From Lama guanicoe (taxonomy: Eukaryota), in NCBI GenBank assembly GCA_013239625.1, contig MU054001.1, positions 5,124,167 through 5,188,166 on the forward strand: 64,000 nt of DNA, in the 5' to 3' direction. Shown here one piece after another: positions 1 through 11,269 of the stretch. The notes below the pieces were generated by a model, which searched no databases, was not told the origin of the DNA, and saw nothing but the letters and a program-made list of their open reading frames with translations. The position numbers and the translations under genes were made by a program. Every line of letters begins with the position of its first letter. The stretch's first letter is position 1.

Positions 1-320
1 CCTCCTAGCTGAGCAACCAGAGGGCAGAGTGCTTCTCTTTGCCAACAATTCCCACAGAAGTCCTGGAATCTTAGCTGAGCTACTAGTTAGTAAGTGGAGT
101 CATGTCTCAATTCTGAGCTGATCCCAGGGTCCAGGGGGGTGAAATATTCTTATTGGTCAGGACTGAGTCATGGATCCCCTTTGAAGGTGGGAGATGAGAC
201 CCCACACTAACTGATGGGCCAAGCATGGAGGAAAGGTTGTTCCTCCAAAAGAAAATCAAGGTATTGTCACCAGAAAAGGGACAACAGATGTTGGGAAGGC
301 AAAACAATATATTTCTACCA
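1..320 (-). mobile_element. MaLR LTR, MLT1K/L-like (runs off window start)
   Basis: Ends 'agatgttgggaaggcaaaacaatatatttctacca' and contains 'attggtcaggactgagtcatg', resembling antisense old MLT1 LTRs. Confidence 0.6.
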
Positions 321-599
321 TGGGAGCCAGTCATGATGCAGTGATGGTTTGACATCTTTCACACTCTTGGCCAGCCCAGAGAATATGTGTGGTTGTGTTC
401 TGAAGACCAAGGGAAATGCCGAACATAACCCCAGGGTGGAGAAGAATTTATGATAAAAACACCCCCCTGGCAGAGCAGGCTGTCTGCCCCAGACTCAGCA
501 AATGAAGCCCAGCTTAATTGCTTGCAGTCTTGGATGAACTTCTAACTCTTTAGCCCTAGGAGAGGAAAAATTGCATAGACAACCTGCTTTCTCTCCTTG

Positions 600-690
600 G
601 CATGCTGAGCCTGGGAGAAAGTTATTTAACGTCTCTCAGCAGTGGTTCCCCAGCTGTGAAAATAGGATGACAATCCTTACCCATTCAGGG
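600..690 (+). mobile_element. MIR SINE fragment
   Basis: Core-like 'aagttatttaacgtctctcagcagtggttccccagctgtgaaaataggatga'. Confidence 0.6.
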
Positions 691-1188
691 CCTCAGGCAG
701 AGCTGGGGGGAGAGCAGGATCCATGACAAAGTCTTTCCAGGTTGTGGGCTGGACAGCAGTTTAGAAATGTGGTGTCAGGACTTTGGAGTCTTCACAGTTT
801 TTAGTCATCAGAAGAGCTTTGAGAAACCTTTCCCCAAGTTTCAAAATACTTGGTAATGTTCTCTCCTACTTTTGGTGTTAATGAGAAAGTGAAATATCCC
901 CAAAACGCGCTTTCTCCATTGGCATTTGCGCCTCTTGTGAATCCACTCAAACCTTGGTGGCGATGGCAACATCTGAGGATGAGCTGGAGTTGGTGGCAGT
1001 GTCCTAGAGCAGAGGGTTAAGGGCACTGGTCCTGGAGAAATGCTTTCCTATGCCAGGCACGTATTATGGGAGGTGAACATCTATCTGTTCTTGGTGAGCT
1101 CAGAATCTAGCAGAGGAGAGAGAAAGAGAGAGGGACAGAGACAGAGACAGAGAGAGAATGAACAATCACAAACAATTACTATCTAGAA

Positions 1189-1503
1189 TAAAAGTTGGCA
1201 AACTAAGACCCACAGATTCAATCTGGCCCACTGCCTGCATGTTTTTATATGACCCATGAATCATTTTTAAATGGTTGAAAAAAAATCAAAAGAAGAAGAA
1301 TATTTTGTGACAGGTGAACAATGTAGGAAATTCAAATTTCAATGCTGATAAATAAAGTTTTATTGGCACACAACCCTACTCATTTGTTTACATAATATCT
1401 GTAGCTGACATTGTATTTCAACAGCAGAACTGCATAGCTAGGACAGAGCGTGCATGGTTCACAAGGCCCAAAACATTTCACAGAAAGAGTTTGCTGACTC
1501 CTA
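1189..1503 (+). mobile_element. hAT-Charlie DNA transposon, MER58B-like
   Basis: Termini 'aagttggcaaact' and 'agtttgctgactcct'; internal 'aataaagttttattggcacaca'; flanks ATCTAGAA (1181-1188) and TTCTAGAG (1504-1511) fit the NTCTAGAN Charlie target. Confidence 0.85.
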
Positions 1504-1569
1504 TTCTAGAGAAATGTAATTTGTTCCAATAAAAGAACTGATATAAAGAAGAAGGCCCAAAAGGAGTTT

Positions 1570-1745
1570 TTGTTTTTCTTTTTTAAAAAAATTGTATTAT
1601 TTAATTATTTTATTTTGGCAGTGGAGGAGGATTAGGTTTATTTATGTATTTATTTATTTATTTTTAGAAGAGACACTGGGAATTGAACCCAGGACCTCGT
1701 GCATGCTAAGCATACTCTATACCACTTGAGCTATACCCTACCCCC
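1570..1745 (-). mobile_element. tRNA-derived SINE, camelid vic-1-like
   Basis: Minus strand reads GGGTATAGCTCAAGTGG (A box) ... GGTTCAATTCC (B box), followed by an (AAAT)n/A-rich tail. Confidence 0.8.
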
Positions 1746-2311
1746 AAGAGGAGAAGTTTTCAATGCAATAGACATTTGATCTGGGTCTTGAAGATGGGTA
1801 GGATTCTAACAGGAAGAAGTAAAGTCAGGAGCCATGGACTTAGAAGCTTGTATCCCCCTTTTATAGATGAGGACTAAGAGACTGAGAGGTGGAGCTGGAA
1901 TTTTGAGTCAAGTCTGACTTACTTCATAGCTCAGCTCTTTCTGACTTCCCCTTTCCAGCCATTAGAAAACTTAAAGTGATGGGGTACACATACTCTAAAG
2001 AGGTCTGAATAGCTTCCCAAGGAGTCCAACCTAATTCTGTACCTGGTGGGCTGCCATGTAAAGATTGTGAATTGGAAAGTCATATAAACCAAACCATGAT
2101 TATAGAATGATTGTCAGCAGTTGCATAAAGGGTAGGTTGGAAAGAGGAGAGACATGATATTGAGCAGAACAGTTAGGAGACCAAACCTGGAATCTGGATC
2201 AGAGCTAATGAGAATTTCATCAAGGATAGAGGGTGTGGGTCAGTGGGAGACACTGAGGAAAGGTAGAAGTAACAAGTCTAAGGGGGATAAGTTTTTTGTT
2301 TTGGTTCCACA

Positions 2312-2712
2312 TTTTTTTTCATTTTTTAAAATTGAAGTATAGTCAATTTATAGTGTGTCAGTTTCTGGTGTACAGCATAATAGTTCAGTCATACGTATAT
2401 ATACATGTATCTGTTTTCATATTCTTTTTCACTATAGATTACTACAAGATATTGAATGTAGTTCCCTGTGCTATACAGAAGAAACTTGTTTATCTATTTT
2501 ATATATAGTAGTTAGCATCTGCAATCTTCAACTCCCAATTTATCCCTTCCCATCCCCTTCCACCTCTGGTAACCATAAGTTTGTTTTCTATGTCTGTAAG
2601 TCTTCTTCTGCTTTGTAAATAATTTCATTTGTCTTTTTTTTTTTTAAGATTCCACATATAATATGGTATTTTTCTTTCTCTTTCTGGCTTACGTCACTTA
2701 GAGTGAATGACA
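2312..2712 (-). mobile_element. 5'-truncated L1 3'UTR (cetartiodactyl/camelid type)
   Basis: T tract plus 'aattgaagtatagtcaatttatagtg...gatattgaatgtagttccctgtgctatacag'; the same family recurs at 23.6, 39.3 and 52.5 kb. Confidence 0.85.
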
Positions 2713-3078
2713 TTCTCTAGGTTAAGGGGAATAACCTGATGCATGAGGTAGAAGAAAGATGGCTTCCAGGAATTGAGTTTGGAATGATGGAGGCACTGGA
2801 GAAGGACAAGGCTGGCTGTAGAAGATGATGAGTTCCACTCAGTCTATGCTCTTTGGAGTGATGATAGGATGTCCTGTAGAGAAGTCTACTGACTGTGCCC
2901 AGCTCAAAACTAGGCTGCTTTGACCTTGGATGGCAGTGGGGTTGAGAGGCAGAAAGAGATCTCAGAAAGGAGGAAGGGGAAATGTATGCATGTGTGGAGA
3001 GAAGAGGGACAGGAGTTAGGACAGAAAAAACAAAAAACAAATAACAACAACAAAAAAACCTCAAAGTAAGATCTAGAG

Positions 3079-3377
3079 CAAGAGTGACAAACATATAAAG
3101 CACAGCGGTTGGTAATGGGTACATTGGACCAGATAGGGCAGTGTTGAAGCTAAGACTTCATGCCCCTCTTCTAAAGGAGGCGGCAGTTTCTTACTCTGAG
3201 GGGACATGTGTGCAACATTGCCAGATACGACTTATCAAGAGAAAGTGGAATATTGGATATGTTTTTTGCAATCTTTAGATTTTTAAATGTTGGTAAGAAA
3301 TTTAGTTAAAAGAAAAACACAGGAGAAGTCAGTCAAAGATTTCTGAAAGCCAGCAGGCCACTATTTTTCAGTCTCTT
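3079..3377 (+). mobile_element. hAT-Charlie MER103C-like
   Basis: 'ttgccagat...caagagaaag...atttttaaatgttgg' matches the MER103C core; ATCTAGAG lies immediately 5'. Confidence 0.65.
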
Positions 3378-4276
3378 ATATAGGAAGGCCGACACAATTT
3401 GGACTATTTTGGGGGTCCAATCCCTCCTGAATCACTCTCTTGAAGTCCTTTCCACCCTTTCTTTGGTGCCTTTCTAGCATGTCTCTAACACAGCAGAGTT
3501 TGTGCCAGGGTGTGTGGCTGAGATGACAAGTTTCTTGGGTGTTCCATATTCAAGTCATAATCATCAGAATTGAGAAGAAACAAATTTAACGACCACAAAG
3601 ACCAACCCACAAAAGATAATTAAAGAATGACTTTGTCTATGGCAATGATAGAATAAAAGGGAAAATCCTCTGGGGACTCTGGCCCTCAGGAAGAACCCAG
3701 ACAATACCCAGAGGCAGAGAGGTCTGGCTGTGCTTGGAGGAAAGACTGTAATGAGCAATCCTGAAAGGTCCTTGAAGGACAGCAGCAGGGTCGTCATTTG
3801 GCTATTGTGGAATGGTGAGCTGGGTTTGGAGATGAGTGAACGTGGACTTCCTCTTAGAAGCCTGCATTACTCTGTCCCCAGGACCTTGCATTTGGGAGGA
3901 GGAGGTCTTCCCAAGGAATGTACTGGGCAGATAGATGCTCCTCATATCTTGAGCCTCCCTGGGTGGTCAGCCAGACCTTGGAAATACCACTTCATTATAA
4001 GGAATTCACCAAATATTTTCTTCCTGCTCGGAAGAATGGAATGACATGAGTTCAGTAAACCTTCAGGGAGTGTCTGCCTCAACAGGTACAGCCCTTCTTT
4101 CACCTCAAAGGGCAGAAGAAATATGTGGGCAGAAGCACACCTATTCTAGTCTGTGCCCAGGGGCTTGAGGAAGGTGCGACAAGCCTGGCTGGGGAGTTGA
4201 GAAGGGTTTCCTACTGGAGGGTATTAAAAGGAATTTGGGTGGCAGGGGACTTCAGGACAAATCCCAGCCTTCTGAA

Positions 4277-4642
4277 AGTGACATTGCTCTTTGCCTTGTT
4301 AGATTTTGGACTTGCTTGGGATCTGTCTCCCATTCCTTCTCTCCTGTTTCTCCCAGTTGGAATGGGAATGTTTGTCCTATGTTTGCCCCACAATTGTATT
4401 TTGGAAGCACATCACTAGTGTGATTTCACAGGTTCGCATCTGGAGGAGAATTTGCCTCAGAATACATCAAACTTTGAGTCTCACCCATGTCTGACTTAGA
4501 TGATATTTAGATGAGAATTTGGACTTTAGACATTTAAGTTGTTACTGGAATGAGTTAAGACTTTGGGGGCATGCATCTCTATTGGGATGCAGTGACCATA
4601 TTTTGTATGTAAGGACATAAATTTGGAGGGTCAGGGATGGAA
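4277..4642 (+). mobile_element. MaLR internal sequence, 3' end (MLT1A-int-like) with polypurine tract
   Basis: 'ttttggacttgcttggg...ggaatgagttaagactttggggg', then purine-rich 'ggagggtcagggatggaa' abutting the LTR TG. Confidence 0.8.
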
Positions 4643-4915
4643 TGCTATGGTCTAAATGTTTGTGTCCCCTCAAAACCTATATTAAAATCCGAATCCCCAA
4701 GGGTGATGGTATTAGTAGGCGGGGACTTTGGGAGGTACTTATGTCATGAGTATGGGGCCTTCATGAATAGAATTAGTGCTCTCATAAAACAGATCCCACA
4801 GACATCCTTACCCTCTTCCACCACGTGAAGACACAGTGAGAATTCTGTGATATGGATAAAGGGCCCTCCATCAACCATGCTGGCACCTTGAGCTTCAACT
4901 TCCAGGACTAAGACA
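4643..4915 (+). mobile_element. MLT1A0-like LTR, internally deleted near its 3' end
   Basis: Starts 'tgctatggtctaaatgtttgtgtcccc' and ends 'ggactaagaca'. Confidence 0.85.
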
Positions 4916-5558
4916 GACATCGTAAGAGGTGTATTGCTCCTTCCCAAGGCTCTTCAAACATTGCCTGGTAGACAGACAGGCTCACACTGAGCCCTGCCTT
5001 CTCCTGGTATTTTTTAAATTGTCCTTTAAATGAATAAATGAAAGACCAAGTCATTGACTGCTAAGCAGGATGTAGAACCACAAGAGACCTAAAATGCCTA
5101 GGAAAAAGTAATATAACTGAGAATCAAATAGATAGTTAAGTTTGAGCATCAACACAAAGAATTGCTGAAAGAGGTAGGAGGTATTAGGATGGAAATGAGC
5201 AAGATAAGAGATCATAAGAGGGAAATGAAGTTCAGGGAGGACAGTGGGAAGTGGATAACTGAGAGAGTGTAACAAGTGCTTTCTATAAGCCCTCGTGACC
5301 TCAGCCAAGGATGGGGCAATAATTTAGTTTACACAGGTTTTTTTTTTTTCATGGAGTTAATCTGCATATATCCCCATCATTGTAATGTTGAAGATGTGGC
5401 TAGGGCTGAAAGAAGTTAACTCTCAAAATATGACTTTGTCTTTACTGTAATGCAGATCAACCCTATTTTTCTAATGTTGCTCTCAGCCATTGGTTTAAGC
5501 ATCCTCCAAAATTTCAAAACAGATGACTGGTGAATCTGACCCTAGAGTTAAGTCCAGC

Positions 5559-5741
5559 CAGTAGTGAGCTTGTCCCAAATACTGAGAAATGATTGTGTAC
5601 CATTTTCCTAACTCTGTCTTCAGTGATGCCACATCGGTAGTTTGAACCATGGTAGGAGTAGTTACCCACAGAAATAGACGAATGCTACGTGTTAGCCCTC
5701 CCCTCCAAAAACCTGTTGAAGAACATTTACCAGCACACCAC
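5559..5741. mobile_element. hAT-Blackjack MER63-like
   Basis: Terminus 'aacatttaccagcacaccac' is the reverse complement of the MER63 end GTGGTGTGCTGGTAAATGTT. Confidence 0.7.
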
Positions 5742-6184
5742 ACAAGTGGGTGTCAGAGGGCACCACGAGCTCTCTGGCTGGCCATGGCTCTGATAGTGGC
5801 CAAACTGTTTTGTATCAAAGCTTCTCAGTGTATAGAAAGTCATTCTGATGGTTATGTCTTGCCTGGTTCAATAGAAGGTGGGGTTGGTAGGGAGATGGGG
5901 CAGGGAGAGTGGACCACTAGAAGGAATTTAAGTCAGATAGGGAGTTATTTTTAGTAGAAATGACTCTTCTAGGGAAAGTGTTCAGGTCCATCTTTTCTGT
6001 TTATTTTCTTATTTTCCCCACTCTGATCTGGAAACTGATCATGTAACCAGATTCCATTTATATGTTGTAGGAAGATTTGGCACGAACAGTTTGGAGATAG
6101 AGAATGCCAAATAACTCACATAAAGACTTAAAAACAAGTGGACATCCCACAGTATCTTAGGCTAGATGAAACATTAGAGGATAC

Positions 6185-6340
6185 TGGATGCTCCATCCGC
6201 ATTCTCTTTTCAAGGCCAACACATCCATCCCCCAGTTGCTGGGAATGTCAACTGCATTGGCTCACAACTGCAACCCTCACTGGAAGTTGCCCTTGGGAAC
6301 TGGCAGCAGCCTTGCTCTCCCAAGGGGTGGCCTACAGCCG
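6185..6340 (+). mobile_element. ERVL LTR16-family 5' fragment
   Basis: 'cccccagttgctgggaatgt...ggctcacaactg' resembles LTR16C and the LTR at 63.3 kb. Confidence 0.6.
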
Positions 6341-6730
6341 AGGAGACCCATAATCTTCCATCTGCAAGTTGGAGAACCAGAAAAGTCAGTGGCCCAAAGG
6401 TGTGAGAATTAGGGGGGTTATGGTGTAAGTTCTGACCTGCATCTTAAAGCCTGGAAACCAGAAGTGCTAGTGTCTCAGGGCAGGAGTACGTCTCAGCTCA
6501 AACAGAGAGAATGAATTTGTTCTTCTATCATTTTGTTCTGTTTGGACCCTTAGTGGATGGGATGATGCCACTCATACTGGAAAGGTTCACCTCTGCTTTA
6601 CTAAGTTCACCAATTCAAATGCTAATATCTTCTGGAAATATCCCCACAAACATACCAAGAAATAATGTTCTACCAGCTATTTTGGCATCCCTTAGCCTGG
6701 TGAAGTTGACACATGAAAGTAACCATCACA
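6341..6730 (-). mobile_element. ERVL MLT2B-like LTR
   Basis: Ends 'caccaattcaaatgctaatatcttctggaaa...aagttgacacatgaaagtaaccatcaca'. Confidence 0.85.
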
Positions 6731-7489
6731 TAGAGCTTAGCTTAGCGTAGGAGTTACCGAGAGGGAAGGAGAGAGAAAGGCAGAGGGAGAGAATTTTCTT
6801 TTAATTTAATGATACTGTTTGAGACTAGCTTAGTCTTTACAATTGAATGAACTTGAACCAAAAATTCTTTTTGTGCTGAAGCCAATTTGAATTTGATTAT
6901 GTGTCATTTGCAGCAAAATGACACCTACTTAGTGTAGTCATGAGACCAGCGTGTAAATTCTAGTCTGATGTCAAAGCTCTGTGCTTACTCTTCAGCAGTG
7001 CAATTCAGAGAAAGGATATGTGCCTGCAGACTTGATGCAGCAGAAGACTCTCTAAAGAAATGAGGCTAGAGTCTAGAAGGGCAGCTCTCTAATTCCATTT
7101 GTAAAAATTCAGACATAATTTCTCACCTACCACCTAAAGTTTTAGGGTGCTGTCAGTTTTTCTTCCCTCTCCATCAGCTCGTCTGTAGAACTTCCACCTT
7201 TCTAGATAAATTACTTTTACAACAAGTTCCTCTTCAGCCTCATCTCCCATGGATTTAAGATGCCCAAGTGGCTCAACGGACTTCATTCCTGATGGGAATT
7301 TGAAAATGGCTCATTGACAAGCGAGTCTTAATCTACAGACTATCTTAAAATCTTGAGAAATATCATATTGGGTTGACCCTCCAATTCTGTCTGTGATCTG
7401 GGCATTAAAGACATTGGGGGCAGGGTAAATCTCCACCCACCCCCCATCCATCCTCCCACCCCCCAGGATTTCAAAGACTTTGATCATTT

Positions 7490-7670
7490 CTTTCTCAGCC
7501 TTTATATTTCTAGAACAAAGTGGCCCATTTTGATCTATCCTTGGATGGCATTCCTGCCCCTACCTCCTTGATCATTTTCGATGTCCTCCTCCTCACTTCC
7601 TCCAGCTTCTTTATGTCTTTTAAAGGTATGCCCAGAACTGCACACAATATTTTCAGAGATCAGAGAATCA
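7490..7670 (-). mobile_element. L3/CR1 LINE fragment
   Basis: 'ccttgatcattttcgatgtcctcctc...gcccagaactgcacacaatatttt' resembles the antisense CR1 ORF2 3' region. Confidence 0.6.
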
Positions 7671-8384
7671 GACTTTTATCTTTACCTATTGATGTTAAAA
7701 AAATTTGATCATGATAAAGTGAATCATTCCAAAGAATTTGTATTGGAATCTAAGCCCAAAGTCATTCATTCCTCCCTTCAGCTACTCACTGAGTTACTCA
7801 GTAAGAAATTGGGAAGATCCTACTATTTGCCCAGGCTTGTGGTAGGACTTTTGGGACACCAAACAGGATGAGAAATCATTCTCTTTCCTTCAGGAGTGTA
7901 TAATAGAGCTGGTAATGCAAGACCAACTTATAAGAAGCCACCAACGTCTCCAATTAGAATTTTACATGAAACACCAAAGTGCTTTTTCACCTACTATCTC
8001 ATTTGATTCTCACACCAATTGCATTATCATGGTGAGGGGCTGAGAGTCAGGGAAGTGAGGATACTCAGGATTCACGTGTTAAGTCATCTTACTCTAAGTT
8101 CATGAACCTTTCCCCTGGACAATGACTCCCCTTTCCAATTCCCCTGGAAAAGTCTTAACTTTGAAATTTTGAGACACAGCAGGAAAGACCAAAACTCTGA
8201 AGTAAGTTACAGTCTGAGATAAATGTGAGAATAAAAAGTTTCCATAATATGGGCACCTGTGCAAGGTCAACTGGAAATAGAACACTTCTGGATAAGGTTC
8301 TCTCTGGAGTCTTATTAATGGATCTGGAGTACACTGAGCTTACTTCCCATGTCAACCCCATTCTAGAAGGTCCCTATTTCCATT

Positions 8385-8848
8385 GCCTTGCCTGCTCTCA
8401 GTCATTTCTTCTCTATCCAAATACAAAATCTTGATTTTAGTTGACATATCACCCCTCTCCCACTCTCAGTTCAAATTTGAATGACTCTAGCCTCTGGGTC
8501 CAGGAGTGGACATATGGCCTGGCCTGGCCACTTGACCCACGACTATCTCTATGCTTCTGGAATTGGTCCAGAGATGTGGACATGATTTATGGGACAATCT
8601 GTGACAATAAGGGTCAGCCCAATTGTTTCTGGAAAAGTTGGCAGGTAAGGAGGTAAGCATGACATCTGAGAATAGTCACACAGAAGAAAGCAAAGTGGAG
8701 AGGTAAGCTCGATGGCTAATGTAATGCACTTAACATCCCTTGACAGCCCTGGACTTTCAGCCCCATGAGCCAGCGATATCCCTCTTTTACTTAACCCAAC
8801 TCGAGTTTTGTTTCTGTAAGTTGCAAACAAAGAGAGCTTTGACTGATA
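8385..8848 (+). mobile_element. MaLR LTR, MLT1J/K-like
   Basis: 3' end 'cctggactttcagccccatgagcc...gttttgtttctgtaagttgcaaacaaagagagctttgactgata'. Confidence 0.7.
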
Positions 8849-9849
8849 TTCCTATTCACTTACAAATAACCTTCTGGTGGCCAAGCTTCTTTCTGTTTCC
8901 CTTTGAATCCGCTAACCTTGTTGTCTTCCTTCAACCATGACCCATGTGCTACAGCATATCGCTTTTTCTAGTTCACTAGACTTAGAGCTTCAAGAAGACT
9001 GGAATCTCATCTGCTTTATTCACCACTTAATACTGACAGAGTTAAGTAGTAGAATAAACTCCACGTTGACACTGGGGATGCTGCCACATTTCCTCAGTGC
9101 TGGCTGAAAGGGAGGCAAAAGTTCATTTTAGGGTTTCAATAACCTAATATGGTATTTAACATTTAGTAATTTATCACCAAAAAATAGTCAAGTTAACTGA
9201 AGTACTGAAGATTATTAATCATTTATCTTTTTATAACCTATGTAGTTTCAAGGTTATCCCTATAGCACCATGGTCACTAACATTCCAAGATGCCTTCTTG
9301 AATGGGAATAAAAGAGTATGGGGGACATTATGAATAACTGAATAACCTAGAGCCTTTCAAACTGTGTGATGGTCTGCAGTGAGTGTCCAAGACCGAGTTA
9401 CACTTTATATTTGTTGAAATCACTAATTATTTTAGTGAGTAGGAGGGGGATTTTTAAATCAAATATCGTCATGCAAACTAAAGAATGTTATGCATTTTTA
9501 TACATCTTTTGGGTCATGGGGGGGGGAACCTTGGGAATTGGGGCATAATGTGGAAACTTCTGTTTCTGTACTTTAATCTGATCTCAAATTACTTCAAAAT
9601 TCTAGCTCACAACTTTTCCCCTCTAGCCACCATTTCCTATAATAGCCAAGGCATTTTTATTCTTTGTCCAGCAAATATATCTTGCCTAGTCTCACCACTT
9701 TTCATGAAAATCACTCAACCAGAAATTCCTTATTCCCCTCAGATGTTCCAGTCCTACACATTCTTCTTCAAAATCTAGGCAAATCTCACCTCCGACATGA
9801 AGCCAAGGGCTATCCTGCAACCTGGTTGACATTCCCCTCTACTTAAAAA

Positions 9850-10987
9850 ATTCGTTAAATTTAAAAAAATTTAGGAACAGTAAGATGAATTATTTTTTGG
9901 TGAATAATTTCAGGAGTTTTAATATGCATGTTGGTTCAAGTAACTATCATCATCATGATGACACAGAGCAGTACCAACAAGCCAAAAAAACCCCCATGTG
10001 CTGCCTTCTTTGTGGTCACAGCCTCTCCCACTCCCAAACCCTGGAAACCACTGGACCATTCTCTGTCCTTATAATTTCTCTTTCACAGAATGTTGTATAA
10101 ATGGAGTCACACAGCACGTAACCTTTGGGACTAGCTTTTTCACTCAGCATAATGCCTTTGAGATTCATCCATGTTGTTATGTATATCAATATTTCATTCC
10201 TTTTGTTTGCTGAGTAGTAAGCCATTGTATGAATATACCAAAATTTATTTATCTATTCACTTGTTAATGGACAATTAGGTTGTTTCTAGTTTTTGGCTTT
10301 TTTATAGACATAAATTTTCATTTTTCTCAGATAAATATATAGGAGTGGAATGTCTGGATCAGATCAAACATATGTTCATCTTTATAGGAAACTGTCTTTT
10401 CTCACAGTTTTCCAGAGTGGCTATACCTGTACCATTTTGCATTCCCACCAGCAATGTACAAGAGTTCCAGTTGCTCTGTATTGTAATCAACACTTGATAT
10501 AGCCAACTTGCTTAATAATGTTGAGTATCTTTTCATGTGCTTTTTTGTCCTCAATATGTCTTCTTGGGTGAAGGATTTCTTCAAATCTCTTGCCCATTTT
10601 TATTGAATTATTCTCTTATTGTTGAGTTTTAAGTGTTCTTTATATATTTTAGATATAAGACCTTTGTTGAATACGTGACTTGCAAATATTTTCTCTCAAT
10701 ATGTAGCTTAAGTTTTTATTCTGTTAACAGTGTGTTTTGCAAAGCAATAGCTTTTTATTTTGGTGGCATCCAATTTATCAATTTTTTTCTTTTAAGAATC
10801 ATGCATTTGATTCCATCTAAAAAAATTTTACCTAATGCATAATCACAAAGATTTTCTCTATTTTTCTAGAAGCTTTATAGTTTTACATTTAAATATATGA
10901 ATTAATTTTGCATGAGGTAAGACATATGAAGCAAGGTTAACTTTTCTGGTATAGAGATGTTCAATTGTTCTATCATCATTTGTTGAA
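9850..10987 (-). mobile_element. Old L1M: 3'UTR and ORF2 C-terminal part
   Basis: Decayed minus-strand frames 'YYSANKRNEILIYITTWMNLKGIMLSE' and 'KKHMKRYSTLL' match the L1 ORF2p C-terminus. Confidence 0.9.
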
Positions 10988-11187
10988 AAACCTCTAACCA
11001 GGCTGAAAAAGAAAATAAAGAGAAGACATAAATTACCAGTAACAAGAATGAAAAGGAGGATGTCATCACAAGCCCCACAGACATTGAGTGGATATTTATA
11101 CACTTAAATGTACTATTTTAGGTAGAATGGACCAATTCCTCTAAAGCCACAAACTAGCAAAAACATACCCAAGAAGAAATAGGTACC
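10988..11187 (+). mobile_element. L1 ORF2 internal block, inverted relative to the flanking L1 pieces
   Basis: Plus strand 'aaacctctaaccaggctgaaaaagaaaataaagagaagacataaattacc...catacccaagaagaaata' corresponds to the ORF2p post-endonuclease region (KPL.RL..KK.EKT.I...TQEEI). Confidence 0.8.
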
Positions 11188-11269
11188 TTTACACTATTAT
11201 ACTTTATATTTTAAATACTATATATTTTTTAATACTATGTATTTTAAAAACTTAAAATGAGAAAAATAA

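Noticed and set aside
1670..1745. tRNA genes here and at 56.3 and 58.1 kb
   Set aside because: The A/B boxes are followed by SINE tails, and two copies have TSDs; these are tRNA-derived SINE heads.
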